Of a stretch of 64,000 bases of DNA, positions 8,989 through 17,681 are shown in pieces. The translations under genes were made by a program, and so were the position numbers. Each line of letters opens with the position of its first letter. Position 1 is the stretch's first letter. Below the pieces are notes generated by a model. That model was not told where the DNA came from. It made no database searches and saw nothing but the letters and a program-made list of their open reading frames with translations. The DNA comes from Candidatus Micrarchaeota archaeon (GTDB taxonomy: Archaea > Micrarchaeota > Micrarchaeia > Norongarragalinales > UBA8480), in assembly GCA_023247085.1 (NCBI GenBank), contig JAHFHC010000003.1, positions 3,407 through 67,406 of the forward strand. Reading direction: 5' to 3'.

Positions 8989-9214
8989 AGCGGGGTAACA
9001 AACTCGTTTCTCTTTAATTAGATATTAGTTTGACCCAAGGGTAGCCAGGAGTGCCCGCTGGTCCGACCAACGGCTAATTCATACAAATAGCAGCTGGTTA
9101 GGGCGAAGCTCATAACCCGGAGACCGGTGGTTCAAAAACCGCTTTTCTTTTAGGAAAAGAAAAGTGTGTGGGAAAAGAAAAACTTCTTCTTTTTCGAAAA
9201 TCCACCCCCCGCTA
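8989..9214 (+). tRNA. Candidate interrupted tRNA (anticodon loop CUCAUAA = CAU, Met/iMet-like) with probable introns; fold not fully resolved
   Basis: AGCGGGG UA at 8989-8997 is perfectly complementary to CCCCGCU at 9207-9213. The latter directly follows a T-stem 3' strand TCCACC (9201-9206), which pairs with GGTGG (9126-9130) 5' of TTCAAAA. A canonical D-loop AGCTGGTTAG (9092-9101) and an anticodon loop CTCATAA (9109-9115) are in the right order. The anticodon-stem 5' strand does not pair as written. A T-loop intron of ~63 nt is implied, as in the tRNA-Lys at 7919-8143. Confidence 0.25.
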
Positions 9215-9261
9215 TTTTTCATAACCACTAATTTTTATTCTCCGAAAAATTAAGAAGTTCG

Positions 9262-10455
9262 ATGAAAACACTATTAGTTACATTGGACGGCGTTGCTGAC
9301 CGGCCTTGCGTGCAGTTAGGAAACAAAACTCCGCTTGAAGCTGCAAAAAAACCAAATTTAAATAGATTGGCACAAAATTCTGTTTTGTTTAATACCTGCA
9401 TTGCGGGCGAAATTGCTCCAGAGTCTGACGTGGGGGTACTTTCTCTGCTGGGGATTAACCCTTTTCAAAAGCATGTTGGACGTGCAATTTTTGAATGGCT
9501 TTCAACTGGAAGGCGTTTTGAAAACGGCTGGCTTGCACTTCGAGCTAATTTCGCAACAGTTGATAAACGTGGAAAAATCCTGGACCGCCGCGCTGGCAGG
9601 AGTTTATCGCGTTTTGAAGCAAAACAATTGGAACAAGAGATCAATGCAATAAAATTAGGCACTCCTTTTGAATTCGTTGCAACTTCTGGCCACCGGGGGG
9701 TGGTTGTGTTCAAAGGAGATTTTTCCAAGCACATTCAAAATACTGACCCGGCATACCAAAAAAACAAAAAGGGAATAAGCAACGCTAAGCACAAGTTCGC
9801 CTCAAGAGTTGCCCGGTGCACCCCCTTGTCCTCTGATTCGAAAAGTAAAAAAACCGCTGCACTTGTAAATGCCTTCACTCAGGTAGTCAATGCTGTGCTT
9901 GAAAAAAGTGAAGTGAACCAGCACAGGAAGAAGCGCGGCCAATTAGCGGCAACGGCGTTATTGCTAAGAGATGGCGAAACAAAATCGCCTAGAGAAAATT
10001 ATTCAGAGTGGACAATAGTTGCAGGCATGCCATTAGAGATTGGAATTGGAAAAGCATTTCAAATGAACATGGTGAAAATAGCAGAGGGAGATTACAAAAA
10101 AATTGCGGCAATTGTTGGCAGCGAAATTAAAAAACGGAATGTCTACGTTCACTTAAAGGGCCCGGATGAGTATGGGCACGACGGGGATGTTTTTGGAAAA
10201 AAAAGAAGCATTGAAGCAATCGACCACCTTTTTTTTGGCAATTTAAACGTGGATTTAAGCAAAACTAGAATTGTTGTAACTGGCGATCATGCTACGCCGT
10301 GTGAATTAAAAGCACATTCAAATGACGCCGTGCCTGCACTTATTGCAGGAGGAAAACTAAAAGGGCAAAAAAACGGTTTTGATGAACCAAGCGCAAATAA
10401 GCAAAAAACCATTGTAGCATGGAAATTGCTTAGAACCGCGGCTTTGCTAACTTAA
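9262..10455 (+). CDS. apgM: 2,3-bisphosphoglycerate-independent phosphoglycerate mutase, archaeal type
   Basis: LLVTLDGVADRP...GNKTPLEAAKKPNLNRLA...ESDVGVLSLLGINP and KGPDEYGHDGD motifs. Length is 397 aa. Confidence 0.8.
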   Translation: MKTLLVTLDGVADRPCVQLGNKTPLEAAKKPNLNRLAQNSVLFNTCIAGEIAPESDVGVLSLLGINPFQKHVGRAIFEWLSTGRRFENGWLALRANFATVDKRGKILDRRAGRSLSRFEAKQLEQEINAIKLGTPFEFVATSGHRGVVVFKGDFSKHIQNTDPAYQKNKKGISNAKHKFASRVARCTPLSSDSKSKKTAALVNAFTQVVNAVLEKSEVNQHRKKRGQLAATALLLRDGETKSPRENYSEWTIVAGMPLEIGIGKAFQMNMVKIAEGDYKKIAAIVGSEIKKRNVYVHLKGPDEYGHDGDVFGKKRSIEAIDHLFFGNLNVDLSKTRIVVTGDHATPCELKAHSNDAVPALIAGGKLKGQKNGFDEPSANKQKTIVAWKLLRTAALLT

Positions 10456-11734
10456 GCCCGTATAATTCCTCAATCATTAGCAAACGGTTATATTTTGCGG
10501 TTCGTTCGCCTCTTGCTGGTGCGCCGATTTTCGCAAATTGACAGTCGAGTCCAACTGCAAAATCTGCTAAAAAAGAATCTTCGCTGTCGCCGGATCGATG
10601 AGAGGCAACTAGATTCCAATTTGCAGCTTGCGCTATTTGGGCGGCTTCAATTGTCTCAGTAACTGTACCAATTTGATTTGGCTTTAGTATTACTGCATTG
10701 CATGCTTCGGAGATTACGCCCCGCATTATTCGACCGGAATTAGTAACCAGTAAATCATCACCCACTACTTGCGTGTGTTGTTTTTTGGCTACTGAAGTGA
10801 ATTCTGTAAAACTGTGCCAGTCGTTTTGATCAAACGGATCTTCAATTGAAAATATGTCGAAATCGTGCATTAGCGAAAGATAAACGTCGGTTAATTTACT
10901 TGAAGAAAGCGGTTTACCTTCAAAGTTGTACTTGCTGGTTTTTGAATTATAAAATTCGCTTGCGGCACAGTCAAGTGCCAACTTAACTTTTTTTGAATGT
11001 CCTGCTCGGTCAATTACGGATTGAATTAATTCGAGCGCTTGAATAGAAGATTTTACGTGCGGCGTAAAACCCCCTTCGTAACCAACGCTTGTTCCCCCTG
11101 CTCCGAATTTTTTTATAATTAATTCACGGAGTGCAAAATCAATTTCAGTTACTAGCTCAACGCATTCAAAAAACGATTTGGCACCAATTGGAACAACCAT
11201 AAACTCCTGTATTGCGGTGTTTGCTGCGCCGTGTTTGCCACCGTTTATTAAATTAGACATTGGAATCGGCAAGCGCATTGCGTTTGGCGCTGAATGCGCT
11301 AGTTGTGAAATATATTGAAATAATTCTAGGTTTTTTTGTGCTGCTGCCGCCTTTGCTGCAACTAAACTAATGGCAAGCAGCGTATTTGCGCCGAGTTTGG
11401 ATTTGTTTGGGGTTGAATCAATAGCAAGTAAAAAGGAATCTAGCTTTTCTTGGTTTAAGTAAAAAGTTGATAAATTTAGTTTTTCAGCGATTCTGCTGAT
11501 GTTGTGGCATGCTTTTGAAACCCCTTTGCCATTAAATGCTTTTCCCCCGTCTCTCAGTTCAACTGCTTCAAAAACTCCGCTGCTTGTGCCGGCAGGGACG
11601 GTTGCGGTAAACGTGTTGGTTTTTGTCTTCAAAACCGCCGTGATTGTGGGTATTCCGCGCGAGTCTAGTGTTTGAAATGCGAATAACTTCTGTTTTAAAG
11701 AGGGACTCCCCTTAGTTCCAGTAATCATAATCAA
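10430..11734 (-). CDS. eno: Enolase
   Basis: SHRSGDSEDSFLADFAVGL, ILKPNQIGTVTE and other enolase signatures. Length is 434 aa. The 3' end overlaps the apgM 3' end (convergent genes). Confidence 0.9.
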   Translation of the reverse strand: MIMITGTKGSPSLKQKLFAFQTLDSRGIPTITAVLKTKTNTFTATVPAGTSSGVFEAVELRDGGKAFNGKGVSKACHNISRIAEKLNLSTFYLNQEKLDSFLLAIDSTPNKSKLGANTLLAISLVAAKAAAAQKNLELFQYISQLAHSAPNAMRLPIPMSNLINGGKHGAANTAIQEFMVVPIGAKSFFECVELVTEIDFALRELIIKKFGAGGTSVGYEGGFTPHVKSSIQALELIQSVIDRAGHSKKVKLALDCAASEFYNSKTSKYNFEGKPLSSSKLTDVYLSLMHDFDIFSIEDPFDQNDWHSFTEFTSVAKKQHTQVVGDDLLVTNSGRIMRGVISEACNAVILKPNQIGTVTETIEAAQIAQAANWNLVASHRSGDSEDSFLADFAVGLDCQFAKIGAPARGERTAKYNRLLMIEELYGLKLAKPRF

Positions 11735-11813
11735 GCTAGGTTGCCTGTGTTTAAAAAACCGAGTTGGACATAAGTAAATTAAAGTGGCTTGAAGTTAAGG
11801 TTAGTGATTCGCA

Positions 11814-12344
11814 ATGATGCTTAGCCACAATGAAATATTAAAAGAAATAGAAAAAGGAAATATCAAAATAACTCCTTTTGAATTAGAAAACGTTGGTCCT
11901 TGTTCTGTTGACTTGAGATTAGGGTATGAATTTAGAAAATTTAATAAAAAAGCAATAAATGAAAAAATAACAACAGTAAAAGTAACAAACGAAACTGATT
12001 CAAGTGATTTTTCAACTTTAATTAAATTAAGAAAAAATGAAGTTTATATTTTAAAACCAAACGAATTAGTTTTAGGAGTTACTTTAGAAAAATTAAAATT
12101 ATCAAATAAAATTTGTGCTAAATTAGATGGAAGAAGCCGGTTTGCTAGGCTTGGTTTAACTGTTCATGTTAGTTCTAGTTTAATTCAACCCGGAGTAAAC
12201 AACGTTCAAGTGCTGGAAATTAGTAACTTATCTCCTTTCAATTTAGCTATTTCTCCTGGTTTAAAAATTTGTCAAATAACTTTTCATGAGCTTACAAGCA
12301 GTGCTCAATATACTGGGCAATTCAAAAATCAAACGTTGCCTTAA
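11814..12344 (+). CDS. dcd: dCTP deaminase / dUTPase family
   Basis: ILKEIEKGNIKITPFELENVGPCSVDLRLG is the typical Dcd N-terminus and the length matches. The local sequence is more AT-rich. Confidence 0.75.
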   Translation: MMLSHNEILKEIEKGNIKITPFELENVGPCSVDLRLGYEFRKFNKKAINEKITTVKVTNETDSSDFSTLIKLRKNEVYILKPNELVLGVTLEKLKLSNKICAKLDGRSRFARLGLTVHVSSSLIQPGVNNVQVLEISNLSPFNLAISPGLKICQITFHELTSSAQYTGQFKNQTLP

Positions 12345-12406
12345 ATTTTTAAAACGCGGCGCAGTAAGCTCAAAAATAACCAGAATAGTGGAACTGGGGG
12401 GTCCCC

Positions 12407-12892
12407 GTGTCAAATATTGAAAACGAAAAAGAATTAACTCAAAACAACGCCGTTTCAACCGATGTCGCGCCAGTAGAACCATCAATTTCTACAAAACCCA
12501 CAAAACGCACCGGCAAAACCCGAGAACACTATCAACAGCAAAAAAATCAGCAATTTGCGCATTTTCGCATTAACAAAGAAGATTTGCCGAAGCTAGAGTC
12601 AATGCAGTTCAATATTTATGATTTTATATCCGCTAGCTTTGCTTTTTCCCAACCAAAAAAAGAACTAGCAATTGGGGTGCTAAATGCCTTGAAACAAGAG
12701 TCAAAGCCATTTAGTCAGCTGGAAAAAGAGTTGAATGCAAAGAAAAGTTCGCTGTTTCTTGTTTGCCTTTCATTAGAGCGCGCGGGTTTAATTGAGCGCA
12801 AAGCAAAAGGAGAGCCGTATTCGCTTAGCACTTCCTTTTCAAACACAATAATTGCTTACGCTAATTGGTGGAAATCCTGGGCTAGTCACTAA
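12407..12892 (+). CDS. Putative winged-helix DNA-binding protein
   Basis: The C-terminal segment FSQLEKELNAKKSSLFLVCLSLERAGLIERKAKGEPYSLS looks like wHTH. GTG start as given in the track. Confidence 0.3.
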   Translation: MSNIENEKELTQNNAVSTDVAPVEPSISTKPTKRTGKTREHYQQQKNQQFAHFRINKEDLPKLESMQFNIYDFISASFAFSQPKKELAIGVLNALKQESKPFSQLEKELNAKKSSLFLVCLSLERAGLIERKAKGEPYSLSTSFSNTIIAYANWWKSWASH

Positions 12893-13056
12893 ACCGCGCG
12901 TCCAACAGCCTTTAACTCTTCAAACGGGTTAATTTCATGAATTGCCTTTACTAACTTATGCATCGGCTTCTTCTTCAAACCGAACTAAAGCGCTAGTTGT
13001 TTAAATCTTTATGTCCTTAATTATTTTGTCCTTTTTCAATTTTTTAAAAGGTAATT

Positions 13057-13467
13057 ATGCTTATGGCTTTATTTGAACTCTTTGGCAAAAAACCAGCGCC
13101 CAATTTAACTGTTCCTTTTGACTTAACTTTTACTTTTCACCCGCTTAGAATCGCAGCTTTTAAACCAGATTATGTTGAGTTGGTTTTAACCCTACGTAAT
13201 ACGTCCGGTGAAGAACAACTAACTTCATTTATTATAACCGTACCGCATGGGCTTGGGTTTGAACAAACGGGGTTAAGTCAAGAAAAGGAGCTCCGCATGG
13301 GTTTTCTAAAAGCCGGCGAAGAAAAGAAGTTCAAAATAAACGTTTATGGAAACACACGCACGCGACCAGGAGATTATACTGTAAAAATGTATGCTGCGGC
13401 ACATTACCGGAACTATGGTTACGTTCAAAATGAGTTAAGGAAGACTTTTTCACTACGCGTTGTGTAA
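13057..13467 (+). CDS. Hypothetical protein
   Basis: 136-aa ORF with predicted beta-rich composition. I recognise no motif. Confidence 0.3.
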   Translation: MLMALFELFGKKPAPNLTVPFDLTFTFHPLRIAAFKPDYVELVLTLRNTSGEEQLTSFIITVPHGLGFEQTGLSQEKELRMGFLKAGEEKKFKINVYGNTRTRPGDYTVKMYAAAHYRNYGYVQNELRKTFSLRVV

Positions 13468-13521
13468 AAGGGTTTAAAAATTAACGCGTATAATTAATTA
13501 CTAAAGTTTTTTTGAGGGATT

Positions 13522-13848
13522 TTGCATATGACTATCAGGTTATCTCAGTTAATTGGATTAGATGTTTACAGCGACGGCGCTACCTTTATTGGTAAAGTAT
13601 ACGACATTATTTTAGATTTAGAAAAAGGTGAAGTCGTACGTTTAACCCTTGAGCCAATTCGTGCTTCAAGCAGGGACGACGCCAAGCGCATATTTAAGGA
13701 CAAAACTGTGCTTTACAAGTCAGTAAAAGCAGTTGAAAAAATTATTATTGTTTCACCAAATACGGTTGTTGAACCAGAGCAAGAGCCAGAAAAGCCAGCT
13801 TTTGAATCAAAACACATGCCTTACTCTTACAGGTACAGGCGCCAGTAA
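13522..13848 (+). CDS. PRC-barrel domain protein
   Basis: LIGLDVYSDGATFIGKVYDIILDLEKGEVVRLTL matches the PRC-barrel (GxxV...G.V.D...D...G.V) pattern. Confidence 0.45.
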   Translation: MHMTIRLSQLIGLDVYSDGATFIGKVYDIILDLEKGEVVRLTLEPIRASSRDDAKRIFKDKTVLYKSVKAVEKIIIVSPNTVVEPEQEPEKPAFESKHMPYSYRYRRQ

Positions 13849-13870
13849 CTTTTTTTATTAATTCTTTTTT

Positions 13871-14203
13871 ATGGATTCCTATCAGTGTAAGAACTGCAAG
13901 CTAGAATTTGAAGCAAACGAAGCCGCCCAGTGCCCGCGTTGTTCAAGTGCACAAATTCACCGAAAACCAAAAGACGCGCCTCTTTCTAGTGCGGCGAGTT
14001 CAACTGTTGCCCCCGCCGCTCAACCGCGCAAATTTGTTTACGGGCCAGTTATAACTGACACTAAAGAAAGTTGGAAGAATTATCACAATGCTGACGTACA
14101 GGTTTGTTCTGCTTGTGGTGGAAAAGACTTTGAATTCATTTGGAAGAGAAAAGAAAAAGTATGCAAAAAGTGTGGCGAAATAATGCCACTACGCAGACGC
14201 TAA
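13871..14203 (+). CDS. Double zinc-ribbon protein
   Basis: Two CxxC...CxxC units are present: CKNCK...CPRCSS and CSACGG...CKKCGE. Confidence 0.45.
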   Translation: MDSYQCKNCKLEFEANEAAQCPRCSSAQIHRKPKDAPLSSAASSTVAPAAQPRKFVYGPVITDTKESWKNYHNADVQVCSACGGKDFEFIWKRKEKVCKKCGEIMPLRRR

Positions 14204-14262
14204 TTATTTAGTTCTTTTTTTCTCCTTATTTTTTTATTATTTTTCTATTTTTTTCGGCATAT
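14204..14262 (+). terminator. Oligo-T tract downstream of zinc-ribbon gene (archaeal intrinsic termination signal)
   Basis: TTCTTTTTTTCTCCTTATTTTTTTATTATTTTTCTATTTTTTTCGG lies immediately 3' of the stop at 14203. Confidence 0.3.
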
Positions 14263-14340
14263 AGCTGTAAATAATAGCGTTTTCTGCTGGCGGTCTTCTT
14301 TTTTTCTTGTTTTTTTCAACTATGCTGATTATTTTTGGTT

Positions 14341-14823
14341 TCAAGGTACCACTCTCGGTTTTCCTTGAATTTTCTTTTGTGGGATGAAGTTGGCAAAGTA
14401 TTTTGCTGCTTCGCTGTTTAGCGGCGAATACGGATTTGGGTTTTCTAGCATTTGCAGTAGCGCTTCGGCAATGCTTGACAGCGTTTGTGATTCAGTCCAG
14501 GAATTTAGCACTTGAATGCAAACTCGACCGTCTTTTGGCCGGATATTTGGGTGAAATATGTCACTGTCCCAAATTACTTCAATTCCGCCGGCGTACGGGT
14601 ATTCGCGGGTTAAGTAAATTGAAATGTTGTGGCTGTTGATTGGCACAACTGCGTCGCCGTTTTTAGTGTAGCCGCGCCCATTTAGCTTAAAGTGGTACTC
14701 GGTTTTATCCAGGTTAACTTCTAAGTCGGAAATGTGGTTGTTCTTTGAAAGCGAGGCAAATTCGTTGTCTAGCCTGCGCTTCCAAACCCCTTCAGGTAGC
14801 TTTGGCATAAGTGTTGGCTTCAA
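14341..14823 (-). CDS. Ubiquitin-conjugating enzyme E2 (UBC fold)
   Basis: The UBC core motif FHPNIRPKDGRVCIQVLNSWTESQTL (HPN...C...W) contains the catalytic Cys. Length is 160 aa. The start overlaps the stop of the upstream Ub-like gene by 4 nt. Confidence 0.7.
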   Translation of the reverse strand: MKPTLMPKLPEGVWKRRLDNEFASLSKNNHISDLEVNLDKTEYHFKLNGRGYTKNGDAVVPINSHNISIYLTREYPYAGGIEVIWDSDIFHPNIRPKDGRVCIQVLNSWTESQTLSSIAEALLQMLENPNPYSPLNSEAAKYFANFIPQKKIQGKPRVVP

Positions 14824-15065
14824 CCTCCTGTTGGGTCTGGCATTAGTAAGAGGGTTTCGCCTTCAGTTACGCCCGCATCTTTAAGCTGTACTTCTGGAGA
14901 CAAAATTTTATTGTCTGATGCCTTTGCTAGCACGAACCGGTCTTTTAATTGAAGCGAATCAACCAGCACATCTAGTACAGCTTGAACTGTGAATTCGGGT
15001 TCAACTGCTAGTGTGATTTCTTTTCCGCTTGTTGTGTGTGAAACCTTTATGTTAAATTCAGCCAT
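14820..15065 (-). CDS. Ubiquitin-like beta-grasp modifier ending in Gly-Gly
   Basis: 81 aa: MAEFNIKVSHTTSGKEITLAVEPEFTVQAVLDVLVDSLQLKD...GETLLLMPDPTGG, then stop. A C-terminal diglycine directly precedes the stop codon. It is co-transcribed with the E2. Confidence 0.7.
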   Translation of the reverse strand: MAEFNIKVSHTTSGKEITLAVEPEFTVQAVLDVLVDSLQLKDRFVLAKASDNKILSPEVQLKDAGVTEGETLLLMPDPTGG

Positions 15066-15129
15066 TTTCTTTCAATAAACGTTTACGGCGCAAAAGTTTA
15101 TTATGCTTAGCGACCAGTCTTTTTAACTT

Positions 15130-15420
15130 ATGTGCAGTTGTTACTTAATTATGTCAAAGCCACGCATTTTAGATGTAAAGAAACCCGAAAAAAAACCAAC
15201 TGTAGTTAATATTGAAGAAGACGACTATTCGCGCATTTTAACGCCAGTTGACCCCGTTACACAAAAGTTGCGTGAAGGACAACTAAAAGACGCTATTCCA
15301 CAACAACCCGCATTTTCTCCGCTTGGCCTTGATCCAGAAGTTAGAAAAAAAATTGAAGAAGACCGAAAAAAGAGGCGAGGGTTAGTGGGAGAAGTCAAAG
15401 ACGCGTTTGGGGTTAAGTGA
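15130..15420 (+). CDS. Hypothetical charged, probably disordered protein
   Basis: Lys/Glu/Pro-rich 96-aa ORF. The likely start is the MSKPRILDVKK Met at 15157. It is divergent from the Ub-E2 operon. Confidence 0.25.
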   Translation: MCSCYLIMSKPRILDVKKPEKKPTVVNIEEDDYSRILTPVDPVTQKLREGQLKDAIPQQPAFSPLGLDPEVRKKIEEDRKKRRGLVGEVKDAFGVK

Positions 15421-15423
15421 GAG

Positions 15424-16185
15424 ATGCCGCTTGAATGGAAAACAACCAAATTGCTTACGCTGAACGGGCGCGTAACTGTCACTCACTGGAAAAAGCACTC
15501 ACCACGTGCCTTGCTTGCTGCACTTGAAAGTGAACCATTAAAAAAATTTCCCAGATCCACTCCGCCTGTTTGGTTTCATAAGTTTGCTGGTCAAACCGTT
15601 GTCGTCCGAGCTACTGCGCCGCACGGATTATCTCACCCAATTCTCGGTGGTACAGAAATTGAATGTATGCCGCCAAAGCAAATTTTTGAAATTCTTAAGG
15701 AGTTAGCAGAAAAAAAAGCAGCGTTTGTTGAAGTGCCTGTTGCTTTGATTGAGGGAAAAACCTTTCACGCGGTAGTTACTCTTGCTAAGCCGCACCGCGC
15801 TTCGCTTCAAGAGGTATTATCCGCTGACGATGTTTCTGAATTTAAAAAACAGGCGTTGGCAGTAAAAGCGATTAAGTTGTTTGCCCGTTTAAACGCGCTT
15901 GGGTATAAACATAATCATCCCGACCCGGTAAATGTAGTTGTTATGAAGAATGACGGAGTTAGGTTAATTGATCCAACTTTACTTGAGCGCTTTCCAAAGG
16001 AGGGGCCGTGGCGTATAGAAAGTATAGATTCTCGCGCAAGATTGTTGCAACCATTTATGAACATTTGGCTTAGAAACCACCCTGGGCAGGATTATCCAAT
16101 AGAACATTTGCATGGCTTAATACGTGAGCTGGATTCAGCGTACCATACCGAATTTAAGCGGGTTAAGGCGAAACAACGTGTTTGA
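15424..16185 (+). CDS. Hypothetical protein with atypical kinase-like C-lobe (RIO/Bud32/Kdo-kinase-like catalytic loop)
   Basis: ALGYKHNHPDPVNVVVMKNDGVRLIDPT resembles the H-x-D-x4-N ... D-loop of atypical kinases. I see no glycine-rich loop. Confidence 0.3.
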   Translation: MPLEWKTTKLLTLNGRVTVTHWKKHSPRALLAALESEPLKKFPRSTPPVWFHKFAGQTVVVRATAPHGLSHPILGGTEIECMPPKQIFEILKELAEKKAAFVEVPVALIEGKTFHAVVTLAKPHRASLQEVLSADDVSEFKKQALAVKAIKLFARLNALGYKHNHPDPVNVVVMKNDGVRLIDPTLLERFPKEGPWRIESIDSRARLLQPFMNIWLRNHPGQDYPIEHLHGLIRELDSAYHTEFKRVKAKQRV

Positions 16186-16651
16186 CATTTACATTCATGC
16201 TAGTGCAGTGCAAAAAGCTGAAGAGTACTTTTCTGTGTTAGCGGCTTCAAAATTAGAGGGGTTAGGGCTCTTGGTCGGCAGCAATTTCGAATACGAGGAT
16301 GCTAATTATTTGCAAATAGTCGATTTTATAACTGGCGAGACAAACTCTTCGGCTGTTTCAGTGAGTTTTTCCAAACACGCATTTGAGAAACTAGCCGGCG
16401 ACTTAAAAGAACGTGATGAAATTGTGGTTGGCTGGTGTCATTCTCACCCAACTTATGGTTGCTTTTTATCCGCCACTGATGTAAATGCGCAGCGTAGTTT
16501 TTTTAATGAAGATTTTCATGTTGCCGGCGTGTTTGACCCAATGCGCAAAGAAGATTTCGGCAGCGTAAATGCAATGGCGAAGCGTTTTTACAGGTTGACT
16601 GATAAGGGGTATAGGGAAGTTTCGTTTGCGGTGGTAAAAGATGTCAAGTGA
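16124..16651 (+). CDS. JAMM/MPN+ metalloprotease (Rpn11-like deubiquitinase/isopeptidase)
   Basis: VGWCHSHPTYGCFLSATD is an exact JAMM motif HxHx7Sx2D, with an upstream Glu. The track start overlaps the previous ORF. The true start is probably the GTG near 16176 (V/MFDIYIHASAV). Confidence 0.7.
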   Translation: MSWIQRTIPNLSGLRRNNVFDIYIHASAVQKAEEYFSVLAASKLEGLGLLVGSNFEYEDANYLQIVDFITGETNSSAVSVSFSKHAFEKLAGDLKERDEIVVGWCHSHPTYGCFLSATDVNAQRSFFNEDFHVAGVFDPMRKEDFGSVNAMAKRFYRLTDKGYREVSFAVVKDVK

Positions 16652-17612
16652 GTTACAAACTATAAATTCCAATAAGCCCAATGCCGTAAAGTCGGTTGGA
16701 GAAAAGGAAAAACAAAGTACAGCCAAGCCAATTTCAACGACCCCGTCGGCGCAATCCACCGCTGAAGAAAAACCTATTTCAACAGAGAAAAAGAAGCGCG
16801 GCCGCAAACCAGTTTTTAAGCCAACTCAGTTTGACTTGGATTTAATTCATTTAATTCGCGAAGGGGCAACTTCAACTGATGAGTTATTGTATGGTTTAGG
16901 AGTAGCGCGTTCTGAATTAATTCAACGTTTAGATTTATTAAAAACGGAAAATTTAGTGGCAGAAGAAAAAGACGGTGCAAATTTGCAGTTTGGGTTAACT
17001 GTAAACGGGTATAATTTTTATGCTTCTAAAGGGGCGAAAAAAGTCGGCCTCAAAAAATCTTTTTCTGGCGAAGTAAAGTTATACAAGCATAAACAAATTG
17101 AAAAGCACGACGCGATGCCAGTGCAGGGGCAGAAGCACGTTAATGATTTTCTTTCGTCAACTGAGGTGGTTGACCTTGGGGGAAAATTAGGTAGGATGGA
17201 TTTAGAGGAAATAATAAAACGCTATGGCCCGTCAAGCGAACAAAAAGATAAGTTCTTGCGTCAAAAAGCAACCGAGATCAACCAGGAAAAAAAGCAGGTT
17301 CAACCACAAATCCAGCGCCCAGTTCAGCAACCGACGCTTGCAAGTCCAATTGCTGCCGCGCAACCAGTTGCAGGCAATGTAAATTCTTCCGACATTTGTG
17401 ATTTGTGCAAATCGGATTTCAAGATGTCGATGAATAATCCCGAGCTAGCAAAATACGGGCATTGTTTTTGCGGTGCAGCTTACCACAAGGAATGTTACGA
17501 TTCGCTTCTTTCAGATAACGCCAAGTGTATTCGTTGTGGCAAAAAATTATTTTTGATTGTAGATAAACAAAGTCGAGAGGCAATAAGTGGGTTAAGGGAC
17601 GCGTTTGAATAG
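16641..17612 (+). CDS. Zinc-finger protein with C-terminal C4HC3 (RING-variant/PHD-like) finger and N-terminal basic AT-hook-like plus winged-helix-like region; candidate E3
   Basis: The C-terminus CDLCKSDFKMSMNNPELAKYGHCFCGAAYHKECYDSLLSDNAKCIRCGKK fits C-x2-C-x18-C-x-C-x4-H-x2-C-x10-C-x2-C. The N-terminus has KKKRGRKPVFKP. Confidence 0.5.
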   Translation: MSSELQTINSNKPNAVKSVGEKEKQSTAKPISTTPSAQSTAEEKPISTEKKKRGRKPVFKPTQFDLDLIHLIREGATSTDELLYGLGVARSELIQRLDLLKTENLVAEEKDGANLQFGLTVNGYNFYASKGAKKVGLKKSFSGEVKLYKHKQIEKHDAMPVQGQKHVNDFLSSTEVVDLGGKLGRMDLEEIIKRYGPSSEQKDKFLRQKATEINQEKKQVQPQIQRPVQQPTLASPIAAAQPVAGNVNSSDICDLCKSDFKMSMNNPELAKYGHCFCGAAYHKECYDSLLSDNAKCIRCGKKLFLIVDKQSREAISGLRDAFE

Positions 17613-17681
17613 AAGTGCTTAATTCAGGTTTTCATTCTTATGCCCGAAAGCCTTTTTATTTAAAAAAGGTGTTGCACTTAC

